Shown here one piece after another: positions 19,558 to 29,003 of a DNA stretch of 64,000 nt. The DNA lies in assembly GCA_963422615.1 (NCBI GenBank), contig OY730414.1, positions 1,596,302-1,660,301 of the forward strand, read 5' to 3'. The DNA comes from Longimicrobiales bacterium (GTDB taxonomy: Bacteria; Gemmatimonadota; Gemmatimonadetes; Longimicrobiales; Gaopeijiaceae). The notes beneath the pieces are model-generated. The model searched no databases. It saw nothing but the letters and a program-made list of their open reading frames with translations, and was not told where the DNA came from. Each line of letters opens with the position of its first letter. Within the stretch, counting starts at the first letter, position 1. Both the position numbers and the translations under genes were made by a program.

Positions 19558-20841
19558 GTGCTGGACATCAAGCGAATGCGCGGCGACGCCCAAGGCGTGG
19601 TCAGGGCGCTGCGGCGGCGAGGACTGGCCGAAGCGGAAGAATGGATCGCGGGCTTGTTGGAGCGGGATCGGGCCCGACGGGAAGCGCTCCATCAGGTCAA
19701 CGCTCTCAGGGCCCTACGGAATCGGGTCTCCAAGGAGATCGGGGATGCGAGGCGCCGGGGAGAGGATGCGGATGCGGAGATCGCCCGGATGCGGGGCGTG
19801 GGGAATCGCATTGCCGAGCTGGAATCGGTTTCCACCGAGGCGCGCACTTGGATTGAGGAAGAGCTGGCGGCTCTGCCGAACCTTCCCGACGAAAGGGTCC
19901 CGGACGGCGGAGTCGAAGCGAACCAGGTTGTTCGAAGCTGGGGGAGCCCGCGTGCGCTTCCCTTTCGGGCCCGGCCTCACTGGGAGCTGGGGGAACGGCT
20001 CGGGATCGTGGACTTGGAGGGAGGGGCCAAGGTGTCCGGCTCCGGATTTCCGGTCCTGAAGGGGAAGGGGGCCGCCTTGCAGCGCGGTCTCGTCAACTGG
20101 ATGATCGCAGTTCATCTGGAACACCACGGGTACCTGGAGCTTCACGTTCCCTACCTGGTGAGGGAGGAAGCCATGAAGGGGACCGGCCAGCTGCCGAAGT
20201 TCGCCGAAGAGTCCTATGTGACCCGTCGCGACGGCCTCTGGCTCATCCCCACGGCGGAGGTTCCGGTGACCAACCTCCACCGGGACGAAATCCTGAAGGG
20301 GGAATCCCTTCCCCGGAAGTACGTCGCCCATTCTCCCTGCTTCCGAAGGGAAGCGGGTGCCGCGGGGAAGGACACCCGGGGCCTGCTGCGAGTCCATCAG
20401 TTCGACAAGGTGGAGCTGGTTCGGTTCGAACGCCCCGAGGCTGCGGGGGCGGCTTTGGAGGAGCTCACGGGTGAAGCGTGCAGGATCCTGGAACTTCTGG
20501 ACCTTCCACATCGGGTCGTCCTCCTCGCCAGCGGGGACTTGGGCTTTTCCGCCGCCTTGACCTACGACTTGGAGGTTTGGGCGCCGGGCGTGGGCAAGTG
20601 GCTGGAAGTCTCCAGTTGTTCCACATTTGGCGCCTACCAAGCCAGGAGGGCGAACATCCGATTTCGGCCCCGCCCCGGGGTCGCAACCGAGTTTGTCCAC
20701 ACCCTCAATGGGTCGGGCCTGGCCTTGCCCAGACTCATGGCCGCGTTGCTCGAGACCCGCCAGCGAAAGGACGGCTCCGTGTGCCTTCCGGAAGTTCTCG
20801 CCCCGATCCTGGGCTTCACCGAAATCTTCCCCCGGGAGTGA
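19558..20841 (+). CDS. serS: Serine--tRNA ligase
   Basis: MLDIK, N-terminal coiled coil, GTGQLPKF, LIPTAEV, CFRREAG..RGLLRVHQFDKVE, HTLNGSGLA. Confidence 0.97.
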   Translation: MLDIKRMRGDAQGVVRALRRRGLAEAEEWIAGLLERDRARREALHQVNALRALRNRVSKEIGDARRRGEDADAEIARMRGVGNRIAELESVSTEARTWIEEELAALPNLPDERVPDGGVEANQVVRSWGSPRALPFRARPHWELGERLGIVDLEGGAKVSGSGFPVLKGKGAALQRGLVNWMIAVHLEHHGYLELHVPYLVREEAMKGTGQLPKFAEESYVTRRDGLWLIPTAEVPVTNLHRDEILKGESLPRKYVAHSPCFRREAGAAGKDTRGLLRVHQFDKVELVRFERPEAAGAALEELTGEACRILELLDLPHRVVLLASGDLGFSAALTYDLEVWAPGVGKWLEVSSCSTFGAYQARRANIRFRPRPGVATEFVHTLNGSGLALPRLMAALLETRQRKDGSVCLPEVLAPILGFTEIFPRE

Positions 20842-20948
20842 CGGGCCTCGTTCTTTCCCGTCATCGTCCTGGGCACCTTGAGCCGGCTCATGAACCGGGA
20901 GGAGGCCATCTGCGGAGAATCTTCCCGTCATCTTGGCGGTTGAAGGCG

Positions 20949-22178
20949 ATGACGAAGCAACGGAGGTCGCGTACAGGGGTCGTCGGCCTGACGCCCCGGA
21001 CATGGCCTTTCGCGCTGGCGGTTCTCTTCGTGGTGTTGCTGGCCTGGTACATGGTCTATACCGCCGAGATCGTGCGGTCCCGCCAGGCCGATGCCCAGAC
21101 CTTCACCCGAATCTATGCCCAGGTACAGCGCGGGCTGACGAGCCGGGAGTCCGGAGCGGAGCTGGAGGCGCTGGCCCGTCTGCAACGGTTGATCCTGGAG
21201 CTCGGGGTCCCCTTCGTGGTCACCAACGAGCCCGGTGGCGGCTACAACGCCTCTGCGAACTTGCCGTTCCCCGTTTCGGACCCGCCCTCGCCGGAGGAGG
21301 AAGAGCGGATTCTGAACTACGCTCGGGAGCTGGACGCTCGCAACCGCCCGGTCGGAGATCCGGGGAGCCAGCTGGTCCACTACGGGATCACCCCGGAAGC
21401 GGCCCGGTTGCAGTGGATCCCTTTTCTCTGGGCCTCGGGACTGTTGCTGACCGTGCTGCTTGCGGTAACCGTGTTCCGCTACCAGAGGCGGGCCGCGGCA
21501 GAGCTGGCCTGGACGGCCATGGCCCGAGAGCTTGCCCACCAGCTGGGTACCCCCATCAGCTCCCTTCAAGGGTGGACCGAGGTTTTGGGGCTCCCTCCCG
21601 GTGGGAGGCCTGGACAGATGTCCAGGACGGAGATTGCTTCGGCCATTGAAGAGGATCTGGTCCGGCTGGAACGGGTCATCCGACGCTTCGAGCTAATCGG
21701 GCGAGACCCGGAGCTGAAGCGGGTTTCGCTCAAGGTCGTCATCGCGGAGCTCCGGGCCTACATGGAGGCCCGGCTGCCCAGGATGGGCTCCGGCGTAGCG
21801 CTCCACGTCGATGTCCCCGACGACCTGCCCGACATCCAGGGCCACGAAGTGCTCCTCGCGTGGGCGCTGGAAAATGTCGTCAAGAACGCCCTGGACGCCT
21901 TGGCCGGGACCGGAGGGGCCATCACCATTTCGGCCCGGCCGGTGGAGGAGCGCTGGGTGGTGCTCAGGGTCAAGGACACCGGGCCGGGTGTGGCATTTCA
22001 GGTTCGGGACCGGCTCTTCGAGCCTGGGGTCACGACCAAGAGGGGGGGCTGGGGGGTGGGTCTCACCCTGACGCGCAAGATCGTTGAAGGAGTCCACGGG
22101 GGCCGTATGGAGCTTCAGGATGGCCGAGAAAGAGGTGTTACGTTACAAGTTCGCCTTCCTTGTGCGGGCGAGTCCTGA
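20949..22178 (+). CDS. Membrane sensor histidine kinase
   Basis: Two TM helices; H-box ARELAHQLGTPISSL; N-box ENVVKNALDA; DTGPG; GWGVGL. Confidence 0.9.
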   Translation: MTKQRRSRTGVVGLTPRTWPFALAVLFVVLLAWYMVYTAEIVRSRQADAQTFTRIYAQVQRGLTSRESGAELEALARLQRLILELGVPFVVTNEPGGGYNASANLPFPVSDPPSPEEEERILNYARELDARNRPVGDPGSQLVHYGITPEAARLQWIPFLWASGLLLTVLLAVTVFRYQRRAAAELAWTAMARELAHQLGTPISSLQGWTEVLGLPPGGRPGQMSRTEIASAIEEDLVRLERVIRRFELIGRDPELKRVSLKVVIAELRAYMEARLPRMGSGVALHVDVPDDLPDIQGHEVLLAWALENVVKNALDALAGTGGAITISARPVEERWVVLRVKDTGPGVAFQVRDRLFEPGVTTKRGGWGVGLTLTRKIVEGVHGGRMELQDGRERGVTLQVRLPCAGES

Positions 22179-22205
22179 CGGCCTTCCCAACTGCATCTCT
22201 CCTCG

Positions 22206-24542
22206 GTGAACCCGCCCTCCCGTTTCGCTCCCCCGCCGACCCCCGTGGGTACGGCCTGGCCCGGGCCCCCGGCGTCCCCGATTGCCCTCAACCCGGAACA
22301 GCGGGAGGCGGTTGAGCACTATGAAGGTCCCATCCTTGTCCTCGCTGGCGCCGGGTCCGGAAAAACTCGGGTGCTAACGACCCGGGTCTTTCGGCTGATC
22401 ACGGAGCACGGCGTCCCTCCAAGCCGGATTCTGGCGGTGACCTTCACCAACAAGGCAGCGGGGGAGATGCGAGACCGGATCGCCGGAATGCTGGGAGGCC
22501 AGCCCACGGGAATCTGGATGGGCACGTTTCACGCCCTGGGCGCTCGCCTTCTCCGGCGCCACGCGCCCCGGCTCGGGTGGACGCGCAGCTTCTCCATTTT
22601 CGATGCCGAGCAGTCCCTCCGCCAGTTGAAGAGAGCGGTGGTGAAGGTGGGTCTGGATCCGAAACGGTGGTCTCCGAAGGCGCTTCGGGCCCAGGTGTCC
22701 GACGCCAAGAACCAGTTGGTGGGGGCCGAAGCATTCGCCAGAAATCACGGTTCGAGCGCCGAGCTCTTTCTGAGGAACGCGGCCCGCGTCTACCCCGTCT
22801 ATCAGCAGGCCCTCCGAAATCAGGACGCCGTGGATTTCGACGATCTCCTGGTACTGCCTGTGCGGCTTTTCGAACAGGATGAGGGCTTGCTCAGGCGCTA
22901 CCAAGAGCGGTTCTCCTTCATCCTGGTCGATGAGTACCAGGACACGAACCGGGGCCAGTTCAGATTCCTGGAACTCCTTGCCGCCAAGCACCAGAACCTG
23001 ATGGTGGTCGGAGACGATGACCAGAGCATCTACGGCTGGCGAGGCGCCGATATCCGGAACATTCTCGATTTCGAGAAAAGCTTCCCCGGCGCTGCGGTCG
23101 TGAGGCTGGAGCAGAACTACCGGTCCACACCGGTCATCCTGGCGGCGGCCCATGCCGTGATCCGGCAAAACGAAGGCCGAAGGGAAAAAACGTTGCGTAC
23201 CGACCGGGTCGGCGGTGCCCCCGTCACCTGCCTGGAGGCCGTCGACGAGATCGACGAGGCTCGCTGGATCGTTGAGGAGATCGAACGTCGGATTCGTTCC
23301 GATCCCGGCATCGGCCACCGGGACTTCGCGGTGCTGTATCGGACCAACGCCCAAGCCCGAGCGCTGGAGGATGGCTTCAGGCGGCGGGGCGTACCGTATC
23401 AGGTCGTGGGCGGGGTCCGCTTCTACGAGCGCCGGGAGATTCAGGATGTCCTGGCCTACCTTCGCCTGGTGTCGAACCCACGCGACCGAGACGCCTTCGA
23501 GCGCGTCGTGAACTATCCCCGTCGGGGGGTGGGCCGAGTCACCCTGGAGCGGCTGTCGGGTTTTGCCGCAGAGGCGGGTGTAGGGCTCTTGGAAGCCGCG
23601 GAACGGGCGAATGAGATCCCGAGACTGACCCCCGCTGCTGTTCGCGGGTTGAAGCGTTTTGCGGGCATTGTCCGGCGCTGTTCCGCCCTGGCGGCGCACG
23701 GCTCCGTCGGGGAAGTCTTGGAAGCGCTCATCAATGAGACCGACCTCCTCCTCGTTCTGCGCAACGAAGGTCCCGATGGGGAGGACCGAGTCGAAAACGT
23801 GGCCGAACTGACGGCCGGAGCCCGGAACTTCGAAGCCGAGGGCGGCATGGATGGGGAAGAGGAGGATCGGAACGCCCTAACCGAACTGGACCTGTTTCTC
23901 CAGCAGGTGGCGCTGGTTGCCGATGTGGACCGGCACGATCCCGGGGCCGACGTTGTGACCCTGATGACCCTCCACAACGCCAAGGGGCTCGAGTTCCCCG
24001 TCGTCTTCATCAGCGGGTTGGAAGAAGGGCTCTTCCCCCTGGCCCGATCCTACGACGAGCTCCGCCTTCTGGAAGAAGAGCGAAGGCTCTTTTACGTAGG
24101 AGTGACCCGGGCCCGGAAGAAGCTCTATCTGACCCACGCGAGGCAGCGGTTCCGAGCCGGAGAGCGCTCCTACAGCGGGCTCTCATCCTTTGTGGAGTGC
24201 TTGGAGGACTTGGAGAGGCGGGTCACCGAGCGGATTGGCACCCTGCCGAAGATGTGGAGACGAGGGAATCGAGGGCGAGGGTCCCCGAAGAGACCCGTTG
24301 AGCGGGATTTTGGCGACGACGGGTTCGATCAGGACCGGCCGAGGTACACGAAGGGGGAACGGGTGGTACACGAGACCTTCGGGCCGGGGACAATCGTCGA
24401 GCTCTCGGGCTTCGGCCGGGACCTGAAAGTTACGGTGGACTTTGTAGACTTCGGGCGAAGGAAGCTGATGGTGCGGTACGCTGCGCTGGAAAGGGACTAC
24501 GGGGAGTTTTCCGTCCCCGACGATACCGATGAATCATCCTAG
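22206..24542 (+). CDS. pcrA: UvrD/PcrA DNA helicase
   Basis: AGAGSGKT, TFTNKAA, VDEYQDTN, VGDDDQSIYGWRGA, LEQNYRST, TLHNAKGLEF, EERRLFYV; C-terminal Tudor-like domain. Confidence 0.95.
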   Translation: MNPPSRFAPPPTPVGTAWPGPPASPIALNPEQREAVEHYEGPILVLAGAGSGKTRVLTTRVFRLITEHGVPPSRILAVTFTNKAAGEMRDRIAGMLGGQPTGIWMGTFHALGARLLRRHAPRLGWTRSFSIFDAEQSLRQLKRAVVKVGLDPKRWSPKALRAQVSDAKNQLVGAEAFARNHGSSAELFLRNAARVYPVYQQALRNQDAVDFDDLLVLPVRLFEQDEGLLRRYQERFSFILVDEYQDTNRGQFRFLELLAAKHQNLMVVGDDDQSIYGWRGADIRNILDFEKSFPGAAVVRLEQNYRSTPVILAAAHAVIRQNEGRREKTLRTDRVGGAPVTCLEAVDEIDEARWIVEEIERRIRSDPGIGHRDFAVLYRTNAQARALEDGFRRRGVPYQVVGGVRFYERREIQDVLAYLRLVSNPRDRDAFERVVNYPRRGVGRVTLERLSGFAAEAGVGLLEAAERANEIPRLTPAAVRGLKRFAGIVRRCSALAAHGSVGEVLEALINETDLLLVLRNEGPDGEDRVENVAELTAGARNFEAEGGMDGEEEDRNALTELDLFLQQVALVADVDRHDPGADVVTLMTLHNAKGLEFPVVFISGLEEGLFPLARSYDELRLLEEERRLFYVGVTRARKKLYLTHARQRFRAGERSYSGLSSFVECLEDLERRVTERIGTLPKMWRRGNRGRGSPKRPVERDFGDDGFDQDRPRYTKGERVVHETFGPGTIVELSGFGRDLKVTVDFVDFGRRKLMVRYAALERDYGEFSVPDDTDESS

Positions 24543-24600
24543 CCAACCGTCCGAACCCAAGTCGGTCCGTGGCACCCGGCCCGGGCCCTTCGGACATCCG

Positions 24601-25218
24601 TTAGGAAGGGTCCGGGTCTTGCGCTGGCGGGTCTTGCGGCCCCGGCGGGCCCCCTCCCGCCGGCTCTTGTTCCAGCCTGTCGGAGAACCCCTCTCCCGCG
24701 ATCCTCTCCTTGGATCTGTCCTCGTTTCGGCTTCGGCCCCAGCGCAGCAGGTCGGCGCCGGCACGCAACGTCCGGATCTTCGCTGCAGCGTCCAGGATCG
24801 CATCTTCTGCCTCCGATTGCGCCAGATCCAGCAAGGCGGAGAGGTCGCCCAGCCTACCCCGAATCGACACCGAAGCGTCGTCAATGCCGGTGGACACATC
24901 TCCCAGTACATCGCGTAGCCGGCTCACCTCCGAGCGGAGGGCACCGGTGATGTGATCCAGGTTTCGGGCGGTGCGGTTTGCGTACTTGATCAGGGGAGCC
25001 GACCGATCGGCGGCGTCCGCAAGGAACTCGCTCGAGGTGCGTGACAACTTTCGAAGCTCCGCGATAAGGAGTACCAGAACGAACAGGAGGGCCCCCAGCA
25101 CCACGGTCAGTCCGACCGTCATCCACGCCGATATCGACGCGAGACCGTCGCGCACAAGGGTTACGACCACGGTGTCTTGTGACGCCTGCAGGGTTAGAAA
25201 CGTCGTTCCGATGCACAT
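24601..25218 (-). CDS. Hypothetical protein, single TM plus coiled coil (DUF948-like)
   Basis: Hydrophobic helix followed by heptad-like helical region; fills gap between pcrA and murA. Confidence 0.6.
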   Translation of the reverse strand: MCIGTTFLTLQASQDTVVVTLVRDGLASISAWMTVGLTVVLGALLFVLVLLIAELRKLSRTSSEFLADAADRSAPLIKYANRTARNLDHITGALRSEVSRLRDVLGDVSTGIDDASVSIRGRLGDLSALLDLAQSEAEDAILDAAAKIRTLRAGADLLRWGRSRNEDRSKERIAGEGFSDRLEQEPAGGGPPGPQDPPAQDPDPS

Positions 25219-25329
25219 GTCTGTGGGCTTCCAGGGTGTGGGTGGCCTCCCAATATGGCCGTTCGCAGCTCCTGTATCCAGGGAAGGGATGGGTACAGAT
25301 CTACGGCGTAACCCTATATTTTCCGAATC

Positions 25330-26607
25330 ATGCCATCATTCATCGTATCGGGCGGCGAGCAGCTCCGGGGCACCATTCGGCCCGCCGGGAACAAGAACGC
25401 GGCCCTTCCCGTTCTGGCGGGGAGTCTTATGGCCGGGGGGCGCGTCACGGTGCGGAATGTCCCCAGGATCCGGGACGTGCTCACCATCTTGGAGATCATG
25501 GAGTTCCTGGGGGCTTCTGTGGCCTGGACCGGTCCCAACGATGTGGAGGTAGACGGTCGCAACGTCTCGCCCGACAAGCCCCGCCGCGACCTGGCGGAAC
25601 GCATCCGAGCCTCGATCCTTCTTGCTGGGCCCTTGTTGGCCCGCTTCGGACGGGTCTTGCTCCCTCCTCCCGGGGGTGATGTCATCGGTCGGCGGCGGCT
25701 GGATACCCACCTTCTGGCCTTTCGGGCCCTGGGCGCGTCGGTGGAGATCTCATCGGACCTGAACATCACGGCGCCGAGACTGTCCGGAGCCAACATGTTC
25801 CTGGATGAGCCGTCGGTGACCGCCACCGAAAACGCCGTTATGGCGGCGGTCCTTGCGGAGGGCGAAACCGTGATTCGCAACGCAGCCGCCGAGCCTCACG
25901 TTCAGGATCTCTGCCGCTTTCTTGGCGCCATGGGAGCCAGGATCGCGGGCATCGGCACGTCCACCTTGGTCATTCGGGGCGTATCTTCCCTGAACGGCGC
26001 CGATTTCGAGATCGGATCCGACCACATCGAAACCGGGTCCTTCATCGGCTTGGCCGCCGCGACGAAGAGCCGACTCGTGATCGAGGAGGCTCCGGTCGAA
26101 CACCTGGACGCCACCTTGATCGGATTTGGCCGCCTGGGGATTGACTGTCGTACGGAAGGGCGACGGCTGACCGTCGACTGCCGTACGACACCGGAGATCC
26201 GAATGGATGCCTTCGGACACCTGCCCAAGGTGGACGACGGGCCCTGGCCCGCCTTCCCGGCCGACCTCACCTCCATTGCCGTGGTCGCCGCCACCCAGGC
26301 CAGAGGGTCGGTTCTCATCCACGAAAAGATGTTCGAATCGCGGATGTTCTTCACGGACAAGCTGGTGGGAATGGGAGCCCGGATCATCTTGTGCGACCCG
26401 CACCGGGTCGTGGTGGTGGGTCCGTCACCCTTGCGCGGTGGGGAAGTGGAAAGCCCCGACATCCGGGCCGGGATGGCGATTCTGATCGCCGCACTGGGGG
26501 CCCGGGGAGAAAGCCGAATCCACAATGTCGGGCAGATCGAGCGCGGGTACGAAAGGATCGACAAGCGGCTGGGTACGCTGGGGGCTCGCATCGAGCGCGT
26601 GGCGTAG
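25330..26607 (+). CDS. murA: UDP-N-acetylglucosamine 1-carboxyvinyltransferase (Asp at Cys115 position)
   Basis: GNKNAALP, RASILLAGPLL, PGGDVIGRR, SVTATEN, EPHV, HEKMFESR, PDIRAG, IERGYE. Confidence 0.96.
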   Translation: MPSFIVSGGEQLRGTIRPAGNKNAALPVLAGSLMAGGRVTVRNVPRIRDVLTILEIMEFLGASVAWTGPNDVEVDGRNVSPDKPRRDLAERIRASILLAGPLLARFGRVLLPPPGGDVIGRRRLDTHLLAFRALGASVEISSDLNITAPRLSGANMFLDEPSVTATENAVMAAVLAEGETVIRNAAAEPHVQDLCRFLGAMGARIAGIGTSTLVIRGVSSLNGADFEIGSDHIETGSFIGLAAATKSRLVIEEAPVEHLDATLIGFGRLGIDCRTEGRRLTVDCRTTPEIRMDAFGHLPKVDDGPWPAFPADLTSIAVVAATQARGSVLIHEKMFESRMFFTDKLVGMGARIILCDPHRVVVVGPSPLRGGEVESPDIRAGMAILIAALGARGESRIHNVGQIERGYERIDKRLGTLGARIERVA

Positions 26608-26892
26608 TTGCGGAAACTCAATACGTTGAGCGTCCGGCTGTAATGCTCTTCTTGCATTCCGCTTGGGGCGGGTGGCCGCCTCGAGGCGCCGTTTTGCATT
26701 TGCGTCGGTCGAGTCGTCGGTTGCGTTTCGGCTCTGGCCGGGGCCCCGTCCGAGCCGGCAACGAGCGGACGAGAGCGAAGTAGACGAAAGAACTTCCGGC
26801 CCGTTCCTCCCGGGGGGCTTTCACTCTCGAGTGCTGTTTCAAGATTCGGCTTGGCCCGCTCAACCAGGCTTGCCCCTTCCAGGTTCCACATC

Positions 26893-26921
26893 TCGACTTT
26901 GGACCCCCTTTCCGCTATAAT
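26893..26921 (+). promoter_or_regulatory. Sigma-70 promoter of rimP-nusA-infB operon
   Basis: TCGACT, 17 bp spacer, TATAAT (26916-26921). Confidence 0.7.
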
Positions 26922-26962
26922 TTGCGACTGCGGGCCGGGTGTATGCGAAGTCGGCCTTTTCC

Positions 26963-26994
26963 AAGTAGGGGAGATGGCTTCCCCTGCTTTTTTT
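26963..26994 (+). terminator. rimP leader attenuator-type hairpin
   Basis: AAGTAGGGGAG / TTCCCCTGCTT stem with a T7 tract (26988-26994), between promoter and rimP. Confidence 0.7.
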
Positions 26995-27018
26995 GTCCCT
27001 CTGGGTGGAGGGATGGGC

Positions 27019-27513
27019 ATGATGCAGAGACAGCCAAAGTTTCAGGCGGAGCTGGAGGGGCGGCTTTCCCGCCTCGGGTATGACCTCGTTCAGCTACAGC
27101 TGGCGGGGTCGGTCCGTCGGCCGGTCATCCGGATTCGGGTCGAGCGAGCGGCACTGGATCGTCCCGTTTCCGTGGGCGACTGTGCATCCGTGAGCCGACA
27201 CCTTGAATCGTGGCTGGACGGGAGCTCCGAAGTGCCGGAGCGGTACATGTTGGAAGTGTCCTCGCCCGGCGTTGAACGGCCCCTGACCCGGGGTCGGGAC
27301 TTCAAGCGTTTTCGAGGCCGGCGGATATTCGTGGAGGGCAGCGACGTGCTTTGCGGTCGGGCGGCTCGCATGGAGGGGGAGTTGCTCGGCCTGGCGGACG
27401 AGGAGGGGGAGGGAGCGGGATCAATTCTGCTTCGGCTGAACGGCGGAGACGAAGTCGAAATCCCGCGGACCCGGGTCAAGGCGGCCCGTTTGGTCTACGA
27501 GGGAGGGACCTGA
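27019..27513 (+). CDS. rimP: Ribosome maturation factor RimP
   Basis: GYDLV, VSVGDCASVSR, YMLEVSSPGVERPL; precedes nusA; exact Met uncertain (27013/27019/27022). Confidence 0.93.
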   Translation: MMQRQPKFQAELEGRLSRLGYDLVQLQLAGSVRRPVIRIRVERAALDRPVSVGDCASVSRHLESWLDGSSEVPERYMLEVSSPGVERPLTRGRDFKRFRGRRIFVEGSDVLCGRAARMEGELLGLADEEGEGAGSILLRLNGGDEVEIPRTRVKAARLVYEGGT

Positions 27514-28877
27514 TGTCGAACACCGAAGAAATCATCGCTGCCTTTCGGGATTTGGCGGCCACCAAGCGTCTTGATCCCGACGATGTCAACGAACTCATCC
27601 GGGACGCGATCCTTGCGGGCCTTGCCCGGATCTATGGCCCCAACGTTGACGCAGAGATCAATATTGATGATGCGACGGGAGGCATTGAGATGGTGGTCCT
27701 GAGGCGGGTGGTTCCCACCGTGGAGGACGCTTCCTCGGAAGTCTCCCTGGAAGAAGCCCGATGGGACGACCCCACCTTTGAGGTCGGCGACGTGATGGAG
27801 ATCCCCGTCAACTTCTCCCAGTTCGGCCGTCACGCCGTGATGGCCGCTAAGCAGTGCATCGTGCAGAAGGTCCGGGAAGGGGAACGGCAGCGGGTTCGCG
27901 ACGAATACACGGGTCGCGTGGGCGAACTTTTCTCGGGCGAAGTTCAGCAGATCGATCGGGGAAAGCTTGTCCTCATCCTCAACCGTTCCCGGGAGGCGGA
28001 GGCCATCATTCCCTGGAAGGAACAGAATCCCCGGGAGCGCTTCCGTCAGGGCGAATCCATCCGGGCAGTTCTGAAAAAGGTCGAAGAGACGCCGAAGGGC
28101 CCCCGGCTGGTCTTCTCCCGGGCGGATCCTCTCTTCGTTGCGGCCCTCTTCAATTTGGAAGTGCCGGAGATTGACCAGGGGATCGTTGAAGTCAAGGAGC
28201 TGACCCGGGAAGTTGGGGGTCGGACCAAGATCGCGGTCCACAGCAGGGATGACTCCATCGATCCTGTCGGTGCCTGCGTGGGTCTCAAGGGATCCCGTGT
28301 TCAGGCCGTCGTTTCGGAGCTGGGTGGGGAGCGGATCGACATCGTGCCGTGGCACCCCGAGCCCGAAATCTTTGCCCGCCGAGCCCTTGCGCCGGCTCGG
28401 GTCTCCAAGGTGGTTTCGGATACGGAACGCCAGGTGATCACCGCGATCGTTGATGAGGACCAGTTGTCCCTGGCAATCGGAAGGAACGGCCAGAACGTTC
28501 GGCTAGCTTCTCAGCTGATCGGATGGCAGATCGACCTCTACGGTTCCCGGGAGTGGCTTGAGCGTGGGGTCGACATGTCGATCTTCACCGAAGAACGGGG
28601 TGACTCCTACGAAACGGCCGACTTCCCCCTGCGAGAGCTGTCCCTGGACTCCGGGACTCTGGCAGCCCTGGAAGGCGCAGGGTATGATAGCTTTCTGGAC
28701 ATCATTGATCTTGAGCGGGCGGACTTCTTGGCTGTAGAAGGAGTCAGCGGCGAAGCGGCCGAACAGCTGCTGGCCCTGGTGGAGGATCTAACCGTGGTTG
28801 AAGCGGAGTCAGCGGGTTCCGGCGAAGGAGGAATCGGATCGGACGGCAAGAAGGCGGATGGTGGTAACAGCATCTGA
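27513..28877 (+). CDS. nusA: Transcription elongation factor NusA
   Basis: FGRHAVMAAKQ, S1 and KH domains, EVPEI, IDPVGACVGLKGSRV, LSLAIGRNGQNVRLA. Confidence 0.97.
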   Translation: MSNTEEIIAAFRDLAATKRLDPDDVNELIRDAILAGLARIYGPNVDAEINIDDATGGIEMVVLRRVVPTVEDASSEVSLEEARWDDPTFEVGDVMEIPVNFSQFGRHAVMAAKQCIVQKVREGERQRVRDEYTGRVGELFSGEVQQIDRGKLVLILNRSREAEAIIPWKEQNPRERFRQGESIRAVLKKVEETPKGPRLVFSRADPLFVAALFNLEVPEIDQGIVEVKELTREVGGRTKIAVHSRDDSIDPVGACVGLKGSRVQAVVSELGGERIDIVPWHPEPEIFARRALAPARVSKVVSDTERQVITAIVDEDQLSLAIGRNGQNVRLASQLIGWQIDLYGSREWLERGVDMSIFTEERGDSYETADFPLRELSLDSGTLAALEGAGYDSFLDIIDLERADFLAVEGVSGEAAEQLLALVEDLTVVEAESAGSGEGGIGSDGKKADGGNSI

Positions 28878-29003
28878 GGCGGCCAGGCTCCTCGGCGGCT
28901 TGCGGGCCGACGGAGGAGAGAGGGTCCGAAGGAGTGACAAGGCGTGGCGGGCGATTCCGACGTGGATCCCTCCCGTCGCTTCCGTTGCAGGAAAGGAGTC
29001 GGC

